A DNA stretch of 64,000 bases, taken from IMG/VR virus record IMGVR_UViG_3300045738_001030; one strand, 5' to 3'. Made by a program: the position numbers and the translations under genes. This DNA comes from an uncultured virus (IMG/VR IMGVR_UViG_3300045738_001030). Its lineage: Duplodnaviria; Heunggongvirae; Uroviricota; Caudoviricetes. The notes below the pieces were generated by a model, which did no database searches, was not told where the DNA came from, and saw only the letters and a list, made by a program, of their open reading frames with translations. Each line of letters starts with the position of its first letter. Position 1 is the first letter of the stretch. Positions 16,401 to 26,153 of the stretch are shown here, piece after piece.

Positions 16401-18444
16401 CGTTAATGTTCCCAAGCAGGTTTTGAGTACGGCAAAGAATATTGCTAACGCTAAAGGATTTTGGGGAAAAACTAATGCACTCTTTATGGCCGCTGAAGGG
16501 GTGAAAGCCATACTTGGGGAACCGGCATTAGACGCTCATACTCTTTCTAAGGCAGTTACGCCGGAGGAAATCAGAAACTGGGCGTTTTCGGGCTCTCAGG
16601 GAACGTTTAGCAAAGATTACGGTAACGCCGCTCCGGTGTTCGGGAGTAAATATCTTGGCCAAACGTTGCAGGGAATGAGTTCGCCACAAGCTGCCTCTAG
16701 GGAACTGGTTGCTTCCGGGCTTGATTTCATAGGAATGGGCTTGTTTAAGGCCGGGCTGATTAAAGATCCCCGGCTCGGTCGCAAGGTTTCTGATCCTAGT
16801 AAACCCGGAATGAGGATAGGGGCGAGCGAGCATATTCCATATATACCATCGCTTTTTGATGTCCCCCGCTGGCTCCATGGGTGGAGGCGGACAGTCCCAG
16901 ATCTCTATGATCCGCTCAGCCTTCCGGCGGGTAAAAAAGCGTCGTGGAAGAATTGGAAATCATATGCCCCGTGGGAGTGGTTTGATAAGGTGGATTTCGG
17001 GCAAACGATGCCTGAAAATATAACTCCCAAAGATGCGACTGAGTGGAGGACACATTTCGATAAGGAAGTAGCCTTAGTTAGATCAAACATCAAGGGCCTC
17101 GATTCAATGCGAGGTAGCGACGGTAAATTTATCATCGACAATGCGGAAGTCGATGATGAGATGCTAAGGGAAGTATTGCGAATACGAATGGCCAATGATG
17201 CTAACATTGGTGTTCCTTACGATCAGCTGTCCCCCGAACACAGAGAGGTCTTTGATCAGTACGTCCAAATTCGGCACAATCAAATAATGGGTGATGACGT
17301 TCGACGGGCAGCTATGCAGGATATGTTCAATATGCCTGAGATGCAAGAAGGACGGGAGTTATTCAGAACAGAGATGCAGTCGGTAGTCGAGTCTCAATAC
17401 AAGCATTTTCAGAACGAGTTAGGGAAGTTGCCACAACGAGCAGCGGACAAATCAGATCCAACGGCTACTATGAGATATAGTCACCCGATGATTTTGAGAG
17501 TGCGAAAGGCGGCGGAAACAGCTAATACGGAATCCTCTAAACTCGGTAAGCAAATTGTGGCAATGAGACGACATGACCTGATCCAAGACGGTAAGTGGAC
17601 AGGGGTGATGCAAAATAAGATCAATGAATTGCAACGTCAGCGAGGTGCCGCTCTGGGTAGAGTCGCAATGGCAAACAAGATAAGCGAGCTTTATCACGAT
17701 AACATGAGCTTCATGCCAAACTGGCTTGCTCGTGCGTACCAACCCAGCGGCATGTCGGATGCAGGCTCGTTTGCAGCCTCGAATCTAATAACTAGTAGAG
17801 GTGATATGCGTGAGGACATGGCGCAATACGGCAAAGTGACGTCAACCGCATATCAGGGGCAACGAGATTACAATCCGCGCGATAGAACAATCACTATGGA
17901 AGATATAAGTAGCGCCACGTACGCCCGTAATTTACTTTTGGACGATGGCGGCGGCACGGTGGGAGTGGGCCTTCTTGAGGAATACAAGAATAGTATTTAT
18001 AGCGGCACTATAGAAGACGTGAGGCGAGAGACGAATAATTGGGGTAAACAGGTAGGTGGAACCAAGTATCCAGAGTACAAGAGAGCTATGACGCGACAAG
18101 AAGCTCATGATCGTGGCATCCTCGGGTCAGAGGATACTTGGCCGGGGATAAATATGTTCCCCGACGAGATTGATGAAGTCATCGCAGTAAAAGAGAGGGA
18201 ATGGCATAGGGTAAAGGCTGACTTCCAGAGGCGAATTAATGACGCGCAGGACACTATAGCCGTGATTCCTGAGAAACGGCAGCGGTTGCAGCTTTACAAT
18301 GAGTTGAGGGGTAAACTGGAACTTCTTAGGGATATCGGAGGAGGTTCGGGCGGTTTGCCCCTGAAGCCCGGAGATACTTTTGATGAGCGAAATAAGAGAG
18401 AGAAAGCGGATAGCAGGGCGTGGCATATGAAATACGGTAGATGA
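13456..18444 (+). CDS. Very large (1662 aa) Cys-free hypothetical protein, putative internal virion/ejection protein
   Basis: GGAGGAGG RBS; overlaps the beta'-C stop; SKTA near N-terminus; Pro/Gln-rich N-region; helical C-region; no recognisable enzyme motif. Confidence 0.75.
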   Translation: MMGDQNYELFRSAPRSKTAQQQGGLLSSFLGDSYKGGNVWDTKLGKQFLPMMGPLTAQNPALGGGLLALGMGPKNWQTLMSPGGSGSGRIGGFSSSQYKPGTSLASYGTPQQPTPQQPVPQPALPRPTSPQQSPMTRAQVPTPNAAMSIPPYSVPRASTAQPMTQLDMVQAVTPRSGIFGRRTQMQGQSPRVRAIDIGRQQAATGQRRTPLRNIGQARQQNVFQNTTRRDLRPQQQAMRQMNRASRPGLFGRRKAGSVLEKYGFVISPAAVDPANFMLEQPSAPAEPKPLAYAQLPEDLPAERPIDVVSESPLSESSLVTPPPPPKKLTAEELERNKRTQEIQTNRYLNPNAVPGEGEGNYKALSDAYFRAIQLEPNKLQEALQAQRQRRRQEPPEYMTDPRERDLFQIGEELYGTLPDPEEREHYDMLRKIQPEYPPDAEWEKGYKQDSLTHESPEVQQWLQYENLVKNVQTGWTQEGWEELVTKARREHALRIARTDPKLSHLLHSPNSAEGIATLNWLAQTTTGEERQSGVGPDGKPTATTEDFVRSMFPADAEGMAFEWNVGRRYRSQYVDAEGRSLLLRDDKGEPILDDDGQPQPILDETTGEPRQGGWITPRGELVQDIPMSSRSDISPEDVGTLRGYDDEGKPIYWQAHDTRNPLGGEAPLSHDDLMQAYIDVYSEVLDPSRLTADQNWVPWGGPVRSGTGKEVQQTTMDADPLTPWVDIDSTMIPWGMSLYNDIREQGINPRNWREGTKSILDPSRGMPTAGEPYEGAIDTKKSYAGGTGKWVPFTDAEGNKSMIWQDLRSHPSNERAPNPGWEKIRERSVRFLAGQDVTNWMLQSQMTGGITGINPGNIGRKIFGPVVNYGVKAPLKEAAKLGLALTKDGWRVVNNVLYQSQIHSRGLGASNLPSVPPRVPLASHGPPGSAAWNTTDYADDAFSRVKNIPRAVQDAVRNASNVFRTSEGALSWGATGRSAINAVNVPKQVLSTAKNIANAKGFWGKTNALFMAAEGVKAILGEPALDAHTLSKAVTPEEIRNWAFSGSQGTFSKDYGNAAPVFGSKYLGQTLQGMSSPQAASRELVASGLDFIGMGLFKAGLIKDPRLGRKVSDPSKPGMRIGASEHIPYIPSLFDVPRWLHGWRRTVPDLYDPLSLPAGKKASWKNWKSYAPWEWFDKVDFGQTMPENITPKDATEWRTHFDKEVALVRSNIKGLDSMRGSDGKFIIDNAEVDDEMLREVLRIRMANDANIGVPYDQLSPEHREVFDQYVQIRHNQIMGDDVRRAAMQDMFNMPEMQEGRELFRTEMQSVVESQYKHFQNELGKLPQRAADKSDPTATMRYSHPMILRVRKAAETANTESSKLGKQIVAMRRHDLIQDGKWTGVMQNKINELQRQRGAALGRVAMANKISELYHDNMSFMPNWLARAYQPSGMSDAGSFAASNLITSRGDMREDMAQYGKVTSTAYQGQRDYNPRDRTITMEDISSATYARNLLLDDGGGTVGVGLLEEYKNSIYSGTIEDVRRETNNWGKQVGGTKYPEYKRAMTRQEAHDRGILGSEDTWPGINMFPDEIDEVIAVKEREWHRVKADFQRRINDAQDTIAVIPEKRQRLQLYNELRGKLELLRDIGGGSGGLPLKPGDTFDERNKREKADSRAWHMKYGR

Positions 18445-18475
18445 TGTTGCTATTTAACCGGCTAAAGAGATAAAC

Positions 18476-18510
18476 TTCAAATTCCATCTGTACACTAAAA
18501 ATGTTATAAT
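18476..18510 (+). promoter_or_regulatory. Candidate promoter, TTCAAAT-N19-TGtTATAAT (extended -10)
   Basis: Consensus TGnTATAAT at 18502-18510 in a 134-bp AT-rich intergenic gap upstream of the head operon. Confidence 0.55.
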
Positions 18511-18578
18511 CGGGGCTGGAACAGCTTGTAGCCACCACAATAGAGCAGTATCTAATTATTAGAGATGAGGATTCCTTC

Positions 18579-21197
18579 ATGGACGGAACCATGTCGCAGG
18601 CAAACTACGAGAAAGTTTCTGGAACTGGAACTTTTTGGCGTTCATCTGCTAACCCAAATCAACTCAGATCGATTTTAAGGGATCAGGTAAACAACGGTCT
18701 TTTTAAATCCGCTAGCGCGCCTGTTGGCGGTGAAACTGAGTTTGAGCAGGCTTTTTCGAGCTTAGCTTATGCCTATTTGAAAGATAAGGCACCTCGTCTT
18801 CTTGATTATCTTGTTGGTTTCCAGCTTGTTGATCGAAACGACGATAATACTAAAGCCATGGGTGTCTTCGGATTTAGTGTTGGCGATCAGTGGCTTTATG
18901 CGCCCGTATTTTTTCTGAACGGGGATCTCAAGGGGCATGAACTTCTTTATCTCAAGAATAAAGATGCCTTTGTTCCGATGAAAGAAAACTGGGTTAACTA
19001 CTTAATCTCTCGTAAGCCGCATATTCTGGGTGAGCAGTCCGAGCAAGACACTTTTGAACTGGGTGGTCTTCAGCCGGATATCTATGGCTTGTCGATGTCT
19101 CCTTCGACGGGTTTTGGCAAGCGAGGATTCGATCAATGGTCTCGTCCGTTCCTGCCGATATACGCTGCGACTAAAGTTGCATCGGCGAAAAGCTTGTACA
19201 AGAGTGCGGGCCCCAATACCAAGTTGGAACTGGACGTTATTGTGGAAGCTCCTTATCAGGCGGCGCTGGCAGAGATTGCTGGCAATCTGGATTTGAACAG
19301 GATCATGCCTTCCAGTTTTGACATGTTGAAAGTGGCTTTTGATATTTCACAGAAATTCCCTGCTATCTTGGATGGGTTTACTCGTTTCTACGGGGATGAT
19401 TGTTTTGGACGTTGGGGAGCCCAATTAAAAGAGGCAGCTACTAAGGTTCAAAATAGCATTTTGCCCGCCAACCAATTCCCCGAGGCCCCACGTTACGCGA
19501 CGACCAAGTCTCTTATCCCAGAGACAGACAATCGTCCCGAACATCCGATTAAATCGGGTGCTTTGCGTATGTACGTGTATGAGCACGTAACTGTAAAGGG
19601 GGCACCAGAGCTTACAGATGATGAGCGTGAAAAGCTCATGGAGGACACTGTCCTTATCAAGGATCATCGTGAGGGGGAAGAAGTCAGCAAGGCGTATAAC
19701 ACACAGATGGATATGCGGCTGATTAATCCTGACGCTACTAATCTTTATCGCGTGCTTGAGAAGCCGGGCTCGTTTAGCAAGATGTTTGTTGCTGTTCATC
19801 CGCTTTCTAACCGTGGTGGCCAAGATATGGTTACGGCTGTTCGTCTAGATGGTGACGGTGATAAGGCATGGTTAAACAGTTACACAGGTAACGTATTTTC
19901 GGATCAGGAAGCCGAACGTGACGAGTGGGACGATTGGTTTGACGATCTCTCTGATTCAGATAGTCTTTCTGTGGGTGGCACATATATCGCTGTCACGCCT
20001 ACGCATAGTAGTACTGTCCCATTTGTAGTCAGAGAGAATTACGGGGACGGTCTCTATAAAGTAGATTTTGAAGACAGGCCGCATTATAACGAAACACGAG
20101 TTGTTCAACACATAAGGGCTCAAAACGGTGATTATTTAGGATCGTATGACCCTTCTCCAAGTCCGTATGGTGCGCTCTTACGTGTTAACGCAGAGGGCAA
20201 AGCAGGAACACGTCTTCGTGCTATTTCCGGTGAGCTACGTGTACCGGGAGTAGCTAAATTCCTAACTCTTAAGAAGCCTCGCAGCGAAGATAAGGGCAGC
20301 TTACTTATTCCTTGTTGTAACAGTGGAGAAGGAGACCACAGTAAGTCTGAGCCGATTCAATTTGGAAATATTGAAGATATCCAGACGCTTTTCTACGAGA
20401 AGACGGCACGGTTAAAGCTCTACAATGACGGACACGATGTTTCGCTTACGTCTACTGACGGAACGAAAAGACTTAGTCAGAAGGGAATGCTTATGTCGCT
20501 AATTGGCGACCATGGATTTTCCGAGAAGACAGCGCGTGAGATGATTAAAGAATCTATACGCAAAGAGGCTTCTGTTTATCGAGTTATTTATGCCCCGGGT
20601 TTTGGGGATAAGAAACACTTGGTCAAGTCCGCTGCTCCTAATGATAGTATTTTGGCGGGTGGTCCAAATGCGCCTCATGCTGACATGGGGCCTCAGTTCG
20701 GCATGGAAATGCTGGGAGGGCGTACGCCAGTTCAGACTCAGTACGCGGATGAGTCAGTTCAAGTTGTGCCGGAGCTGGAAGCGGGACGTACTGATCCAAA
20801 TGTGTGGGACCCGTGGCAGAATTACACGGCAGAAGACTTCCAAGGTGTCATGAATGTCGCGCAGAATGCTGCCGGTGAGGGGCAGAAGGAAGTTTTTGAT
20901 ACAGCGATGATTGGTACTTTGTTAAAGTCAGTACGCCAAGATTCTTTGGTAGACCGTCATCTTGGTGACTTAATGAAGGCTATTAATAGCTTGGGACGGA
21001 TTTTATTCCTGTTCTATTGGCATCAGGAAGAGTTTGAAGATCGTTATGGTAAATCGGATATGCCTGAATTGGAAGATAGTCTTCGGAACGCATTTGAGGC
21101 GTTAGGCGATGTGACTCTCTTCTTGAAAGAGAAAACTATTGAGTCTCCGTTCACTGAAAATGCTGAACTGAATCTCGAAGAATCTGCGAGGAATTAA
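18579..21197 (+). CDS. Large head-region protein with many K-x-A motifs (function unknown)
   Basis: 872 aa; FKSA, TKVA, YKSA, LKVA, LKEA, EKTA x2, RKEA, VKSA; first gene after the candidate promoter. Confidence 0.75.
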   Translation: MDGTMSQANYEKVSGTGTFWRSSANPNQLRSILRDQVNNGLFKSASAPVGGETEFEQAFSSLAYAYLKDKAPRLLDYLVGFQLVDRNDDNTKAMGVFGFSVGDQWLYAPVFFLNGDLKGHELLYLKNKDAFVPMKENWVNYLISRKPHILGEQSEQDTFELGGLQPDIYGLSMSPSTGFGKRGFDQWSRPFLPIYAATKVASAKSLYKSAGPNTKLELDVIVEAPYQAALAEIAGNLDLNRIMPSSFDMLKVAFDISQKFPAILDGFTRFYGDDCFGRWGAQLKEAATKVQNSILPANQFPEAPRYATTKSLIPETDNRPEHPIKSGALRMYVYEHVTVKGAPELTDDEREKLMEDTVLIKDHREGEEVSKAYNTQMDMRLINPDATNLYRVLEKPGSFSKMFVAVHPLSNRGGQDMVTAVRLDGDGDKAWLNSYTGNVFSDQEAERDEWDDWFDDLSDSDSLSVGGTYIAVTPTHSSTVPFVVRENYGDGLYKVDFEDRPHYNETRVVQHIRAQNGDYLGSYDPSPSPYGALLRVNAEGKAGTRLRAISGELRVPGVAKFLTLKKPRSEDKGSLLIPCCNSGEGDHSKSEPIQFGNIEDIQTLFYEKTARLKLYNDGHDVSLTSTDGTKRLSQKGMLMSLIGDHGFSEKTAREMIKESIRKEASVYRVIYAPGFGDKKHLVKSAAPNDSILAGGPNAPHADMGPQFGMEMLGGRTPVQTQYADESVQVVPELEAGRTDPNVWDPWQNYTAEDFQGVMNVAQNAAGEGQKEVFDTAMIGTLLKSVRQDSLVDRHLGDLMKAINSLGRILFLFYWHQEEFEDRYGKSDMPELEDSLRNAFEALGDVTLFLKEKTIESPFTENAELNLEESARN

Positions 21198-21200
21198 TTC

Positions 21201-21881
21201 ATGGGCGGAACATATTCACGCGTGGTTGAAGCCACAGTTACAGGCGGCGTTTCTAATTGTGTTGAGCTTCCGGTACCTCCTCGGGGTGTGCTGGAACGTG
21301 TTATTGTCAAACAAACGTCCGGGACGGACGTGGATTTTGACTTTGTTGTATATAACCGTAAAGGTGCGTGTCCCACGGGCATTGACCTGCATGTTAACGG
21401 TGGCGATGTTACAGCTGTTGCTAATAATGGCGGTGCTGCTCAATTAACGCTGACGACAACTCAAACATATCCCTATGGCTATGATCTTGCAGTTGGCGAC
21501 AAAATCTACGTCAAAGGCACTAATGTTGCGGGTTACAACGTGGTTCATACGGTTGCTTCTGTTGAGAGCGCCACACAGGTAACAACGGATATCACTTATT
21601 CGGCGGTCATTACTACTAATGGAGTCTGGCAGGATTCTGAGCCGCAAGTTTATAGACGGAATGATCCGACTATGCATATTGTGAACGAATCGACTACTGG
21701 AACTGCCGGAAATGCATCCGCCAACTTCGATCTGGAGCGCACTTACGAAAACGCTGATAATCAGGATGTGACTGCACGTCGGTTGGCTACATCGCTGTGG
21801 GTGGATTTGCAGCCTGACGGGGCTGAGGCGGGTATCAAGTACGAGATTGCGTATACTGCGGACGTGCAATACGATTTTTAA
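21201..21881 (+). CDS. Putative virion structural protein with inserted beta-rich domain
   Basis: Thr/Val-rich; segment LAVGDKIYVKGTNVAGYNVVHTVASV resembles FCCH-like beta-barrel modules common in phage virion proteins. Confidence 0.55.
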   Translation: MGGTYSRVVEATVTGGVSNCVELPVPPRGVLERVIVKQTSGTDVDFDFVVYNRKGACPTGIDLHVNGGDVTAVANNGGAAQLTLTTTQTYPYGYDLAVGDKIYVKGTNVAGYNVVHTVASVESATQVTTDITYSAVITTNGVWQDSEPQVYRRNDPTMHIVNESTTGTAGNASANFDLERTYENADNQDVTARRLATSLWVDLQPDGAEAGIKYEIAYTADVQYDF

Positions 21882-21900
21882 TGGATTATGTCGATAAATA

Positions 21901-22929
21901 ATGAAATTGCGTTACAAGGATGTGCGACTCTACAACCCGTTTTTACGCCCAGACTGGCGTTTTGAGCGGGTGTTGAAGCTCGTGGGACGTGTTCCTACGC
22001 CGGGGCGTACTACGAAGCTCGATGACGAGAACATTAAGCAAGCTCGTTCATTTATGCTCAAATGGAGGAAAGGAGAATCCTTTAGAGAGCAGTTGTTGTC
22101 GGAAGATCCGGGTTTGTATTACGCCTACATGGTGTACGACAATTTGCATACTGATCCGGAAGTGAGATTTATGCTTGAAGCTCGTCTTCTTTCCGGGCAA
22201 CCGGCGGCGGAGATTGCAGAAGCATTAAAGACACTTCCAGAAACAGTTAGTTGGTACGAAAAGCTATTTTTTAATATAAAGCCATTTCTTCGACATCACG
22301 ATTGGATCGTAAAGCACGTGTTGCTACCTGCATCTGATCGTTTTGCAGAGCATGAAGATGCTGATGACGATGTTCCACAACCACACGGTACGCCACTTAT
22401 CGTAAGACCGCATTTGGACATGACATTGAAGTTCTTTTCGTACTTCGGTGGCCCTGTTTTATGCGAATTTATGATCGGCGGTTTCCGACGAGGAACGACG
22501 GTTCACACACAAGACGATGTTTCTTCGTGGTTAGACGATCAATGGCAATTGACTTTGCAACGGCGTAGTGCGCAGGCAGCCGGTGTTTTCGAGGTTAATC
22601 GCTATAATGTCATGGAATTATTTGCCACTCATACTCGCATTATTGAACTACAACGTACAGCAGAGAGTGGTGATGAACGTCGTTCCTTGTTTGAACGACA
22701 CGTTCAGGCCATGTTGACAGAGTTGCCGTGGACAGTAGGACGCGAGGCAAAACAGCTTTATGAAGGTTCCGTTATTAGTGAATATGAGGATCTTCCTGCC
22801 GAGCTTAATGCAGAAGAATTAATGTGTATTGGCGGCGGGGAAAGTCCAGAGTATCTAGACGAGCTTCCTGAAATTTCTATTACAGGTCGTGACGATGGGG
22901 AGGCAAGTAATGCCAAATCTAACAAGTAG
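21901..22929 (+). CDS. Hypothetical protein (possible helix-turn-helix segment)
   Basis: 342-aa ORF; SGQPAAEIAEALKTLPETVSWY looks HTH-like. Confidence 0.65.
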   Translation: MKLRYKDVRLYNPFLRPDWRFERVLKLVGRVPTPGRTTKLDDENIKQARSFMLKWRKGESFREQLLSEDPGLYYAYMVYDNLHTDPEVRFMLEARLLSGQPAAEIAEALKTLPETVSWYEKLFFNIKPFLRHHDWIVKHVLLPASDRFAEHEDADDDVPQPHGTPLIVRPHLDMTLKFFSYFGGPVLCEFMIGGFRRGTTVHTQDDVSSWLDDQWQLTLQRRSAQAAGVFEVNRYNVMELFATHTRIIELQRTAESGDERRSLFERHVQAMLTELPWTVGREAKQLYEGSVISEYEDLPAELNAEELMCIGGGESPEYLDELPEISITGRDDGEASNAKSNK

Positions 22930-24304
22930 TGACGAACAGAAATTGATTGACGGTGTAAAACAGGCCGTTCATTATGTGGATGATAATGATATGCTGCCGG
23001 ATGATGCTTTGGCTAAGGTAGCGAAAGATATGTCATTTACACCCGGTTTCGTAAAAGCTGCCGTTAACGCTTTTAATAACGGTCGTCAGGTGTCTCAGTG
23101 GAAGGCTAATACTCCTGTACTGGATAAATTGGCTGAATTTCCATTAGCCAGCTACACCGAAATCCACAAGCAAATTTGGGGTGGGACAGAGAAAGAGGCG
23201 AAGGAAAAGTATTTGTCTCTGGGGGATGAAATACATTCCGATTATCAGAAAGCCCCACAATGGTCTAAAGAAAATGACTTATCGAAGTTAGCAACTATGG
23301 ATTTAGGTCTTGAAAAGGCCGCCGCAGACGAAGAAGTCCCTGAATATATTCAGACCCATGAGCACACTAAGAAAGTGAATGCTGTGTGGGATGTTTACGC
23401 CCGCACCAAGCGTGCTCATGAGGAAGCTCGTGGACGCCATTATGCGGCTAGGGATAGGTTGGACATTCACTTGAACGTTTTAACCAGCTACTTTAAGAAG
23501 TTCGCACAGGATCGCTTACCTTTTGATGTCGTAGATAAGGCTGCCAAGTCTTATTACGGCTCACGGGGGACGGCACTGATGAATGTCGTTGCGGAGCAAT
23601 TCCCTGATGAAAAGAGGGCGGCAGATACTAAACGTTACTGGGATAAGCCTCTTAGCAGAGATGCTGAGCCATTTACGTTTGTAGCGAGTTCTATTAAGGC
23701 CGCAAAAGACTTACATGCTACAACCAACGCACTGGGAATGGCCAAGCAAGCATGGGAGGAAGCCAAAGAAGCACTCCTCCCTTTTGTGCCAACCCCGAGT
23801 CCGTCGAACCAAAAGAAAGACACTACTTTCTCAATCTCATTGATTGACGACGGAGTCGGGGAAAAAGAAGCTGGTACTGGTATGGGTCTTCTTTTAGGAA
23901 TGGCCGGTCGTCCTGTCGCAGATGCTTTAGTAAGCGGCGACGCTATTGATCGAAAAGTTTCGAAGACTGTAGCTGGTTTGGAAGATCCCCGCCACGAGGA
24001 CGAATTGCGCAAGATCAGGGCGCAAGTAATGCTTGCGGAAATGTTGGGAGACTCTCAAAACCCCATTAGTCAATATGACCCTGCGGAAGTTCTTGCGGCT
24101 TATAACGAGCTGACCCAATTAGCCCCGAGAATTGCCGAGCAACCAGCGGCTATGCAGCCGCTGCTGGCTAAGCGACTAGCGGGAGGAACCGAACCGTTCG
24201 AAATCAAAGAAATTAGCGACATTGAAAAAGGCATTCAGCAAACGCATGAACATGATTCAAGTGCAAATATTTTAAAGCAAAGTCATGACTCAATACTTAA
24301 TTGA
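22910..24304 (+). CDS. Helical K-x-A-rich head-associated protein
   Basis: GGGGAGG RBS before ATG 22910; EKEA x2, SKLA, EKAA, KKFA, DKAA, EKRA; no Cys. Confidence 0.7.
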   Translation: MPNLTSSDEQKLIDGVKQAVHYVDDNDMLPDDALAKVAKDMSFTPGFVKAAVNAFNNGRQVSQWKANTPVLDKLAEFPLASYTEIHKQIWGGTEKEAKEKYLSLGDEIHSDYQKAPQWSKENDLSKLATMDLGLEKAAADEEVPEYIQTHEHTKKVNAVWDVYARTKRAHEEARGRHYAARDRLDIHLNVLTSYFKKFAQDRLPFDVVDKAAKSYYGSRGTALMNVVAEQFPDEKRAADTKRYWDKPLSRDAEPFTFVASSIKAAKDLHATTNALGMAKQAWEEAKEALLPFVPTPSPSNQKKDTTFSISLIDDGVGEKEAGTGMGLLLGMAGRPVADALVSGDAIDRKVSKTVAGLEDPRHEDELRKIRAQVMLAEMLGDSQNPISQYDPAEVLAAYNELTQLAPRIAEQPAAMQPLLAKRLAGGTEPFEIKEISDIEKGIQQTHEHDSSANILKQSHDSILN

Positions 24305-26150
24305 CGTTACAACTGATCAAGTCGCAGATTTTTTAGCCCATCGGCATGTGGGTGCGCGTTACGTTGAGTTGCCGTCATTGGGAGGTCTTGACAAAGAGGC
24401 TGCAAGTGAGTTTTTGCAGAATTTAGCCGAGAGATTTAATAATTTAGATTCGGCAGCTCAATACGGCTTGATTGGCAGTCTTGCCGGGGGTGGCGTCGGC
24501 GCAGTTGCCGGAGCTTTCAGAAAGAAACGCAAAAACTGGTGGCGAGACATGCTGACCGGGGCGCTTGCCGGGGGTGGCGCTGGTCTAGGCCTAGGCTTAG
24601 GCAAGCAAATGTTAGAACAGCAGCAGGAGCAGGCGAATTCACGCGGTGCCGGGATTAATGAGGCGGCAACGCAGGCGGGGCTCCCCGGGGCCAACGAGCC
24701 CGGCTTGGTGATGCAGGACGTCACTGTCTATGAGCTTGACGGGGGTCTCCACCCGGATACCGGCCAACCTATGAATCCCCCTAGAGCGATCAAAACAACA
24801 TATCCGACCAAGTACCTTCAAGCTAGCACTTTTGGTTTTCCCACGCAGGATGGTTCTTTCAACGATGAACAAGCTTATGCTGCCATGGATGCTATTAAGG
24901 CTCTACAGGGTTCTCCATGGCTTAAAGACGGTTATACGTTCCCCAACGGTACACAATATGACAAAGATCAAATGTTTAGATGGTCTATGCAGCAAATGAG
25001 TACACGTTCCGAAATCGGACAGCCACTGATGGCTGGCGATTTTGCTAATAATTTTTCCGTTGAGTTCAAAAGGATGGCCGAGGCGGATATGCCATTCTTG
25101 GCAATTTTCGCGGACTCCTTGATGGAGCTGGCAATGTATGGGCCATTTTCTGTGGGTAAGGGGATGGGAGCATGGTTGGATAGAACTCACCCCGAGTATG
25201 GCCAGTGGGGAGAAGTTGCTGGTGCCACTGCCGGTGCGGCGACGGTTGCTGGCATATGGGCTTCTGGATCGATGGGTGCTTTCAGCACAGCGAGAAATCT
25301 TAGCAGTATGGCGCGTCACGGGGGGGACTCGTCATTTAGACGTAATATTCATCCTCATCGACTGCAAGAACTTATTGATGCGGGAAATCCCGCTGGAAAG
25401 TGGCAGGAAAGTTATCGTAAAGCAAACACTGCTCCCCCGTCGTATCTGCTGGATAGACAAACTAAGATGGCGCGTTTGATGGAACAGCTTGATGCGAAGT
25501 TGGAGAACGTTAAGACGTATGGTGGGGATGCTTCAAAGACGTCTGGATCGCAAATTACCAACTATAAGGCGGGCGAAGTGGCAGCAGATGTGAAAAAAGC
25601 CATGGGGGGCGATCCGACTGCTTATCGACGATTGATAAATGAACTTAATCTCGGTAAGAAATCCCCGGCGGCAATAGCAGTTCATGACTACCTACAGGGG
25701 GTTCATAACCTAACACCCCAGCCCGTCAAAAGCACCAAAACGGAAGTCGGAAAGCCGCCTGCGTGGGAATGGGCAAATAAAGATATAGATTTTTCGCATT
25801 CTTTATCGGCATCCCAGCGGGCAAAACTTAGGAAGGCTTACAACCGAAAACCCGGGACTCGGAAACCTCGCGGCGTGGGGACAATAACTGATCTACCGAA
25901 ATTGCCCGGGGTACCTACTAAATCGTATCATTGGGGTGATGTTTCCTCGGGGGGTAGACCACCTAAGCTGCTCGGCGGCAGGGGGATGCCCTTCTTCCTC
26001 ACTATGCCTATTGTTGGTGGTTATCTTTATGAAAAGTCTTACGGCGACATACCTCAGCCTGAGCAGATGAAGGACTTCAAAAGGCAGTTCCTTCTCGATC
26101 AAGATACCGGAGAGTCGCTAATAGATCGGCCTTGGGGTAGGGGTAATTAA
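24285..26150 (+). CDS. Glycine-zipper protein, putative ejection protein
   Basis: DKEA followed by a helical hairpin GLIGSLAGGGVGAVAG-RKKRKNWW-GALAGGGAGLGLGLG; further Gly/Ala segment; no Cys. Confidence 0.65.
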   Translation: MTQYLIDVTTDQVADFLAHRHVGARYVELPSLGGLDKEAASEFLQNLAERFNNLDSAAQYGLIGSLAGGGVGAVAGAFRKKRKNWWRDMLTGALAGGGAGLGLGLGKQMLEQQQEQANSRGAGINEAATQAGLPGANEPGLVMQDVTVYELDGGLHPDTGQPMNPPRAIKTTYPTKYLQASTFGFPTQDGSFNDEQAYAAMDAIKALQGSPWLKDGYTFPNGTQYDKDQMFRWSMQQMSTRSEIGQPLMAGDFANNFSVEFKRMAEADMPFLAIFADSLMELAMYGPFSVGKGMGAWLDRTHPEYGQWGEVAGATAGAATVAGIWASGSMGAFSTARNLSSMARHGGDSSFRRNIHPHRLQELIDAGNPAGKWQESYRKANTAPPSYLLDRQTKMARLMEQLDAKLENVKTYGGDASKTSGSQITNYKAGEVAADVKKAMGGDPTAYRRLINELNLGKKSPAAIAVHDYLQGVHNLTPQPVKSTKTEVGKPPAWEWANKDIDFSHSLSASQRAKLRKAYNRKPGTRKPRGVGTITDLPKLPGVPTKSYHWGDVSSGGRPPKLLGGRGMPFFLTMPIVGGYLYEKSYGDIPQPEQMKDFKRQFLLDQDTGESLIDRPWGRGN

Positions 26151-26153
26151 TTT

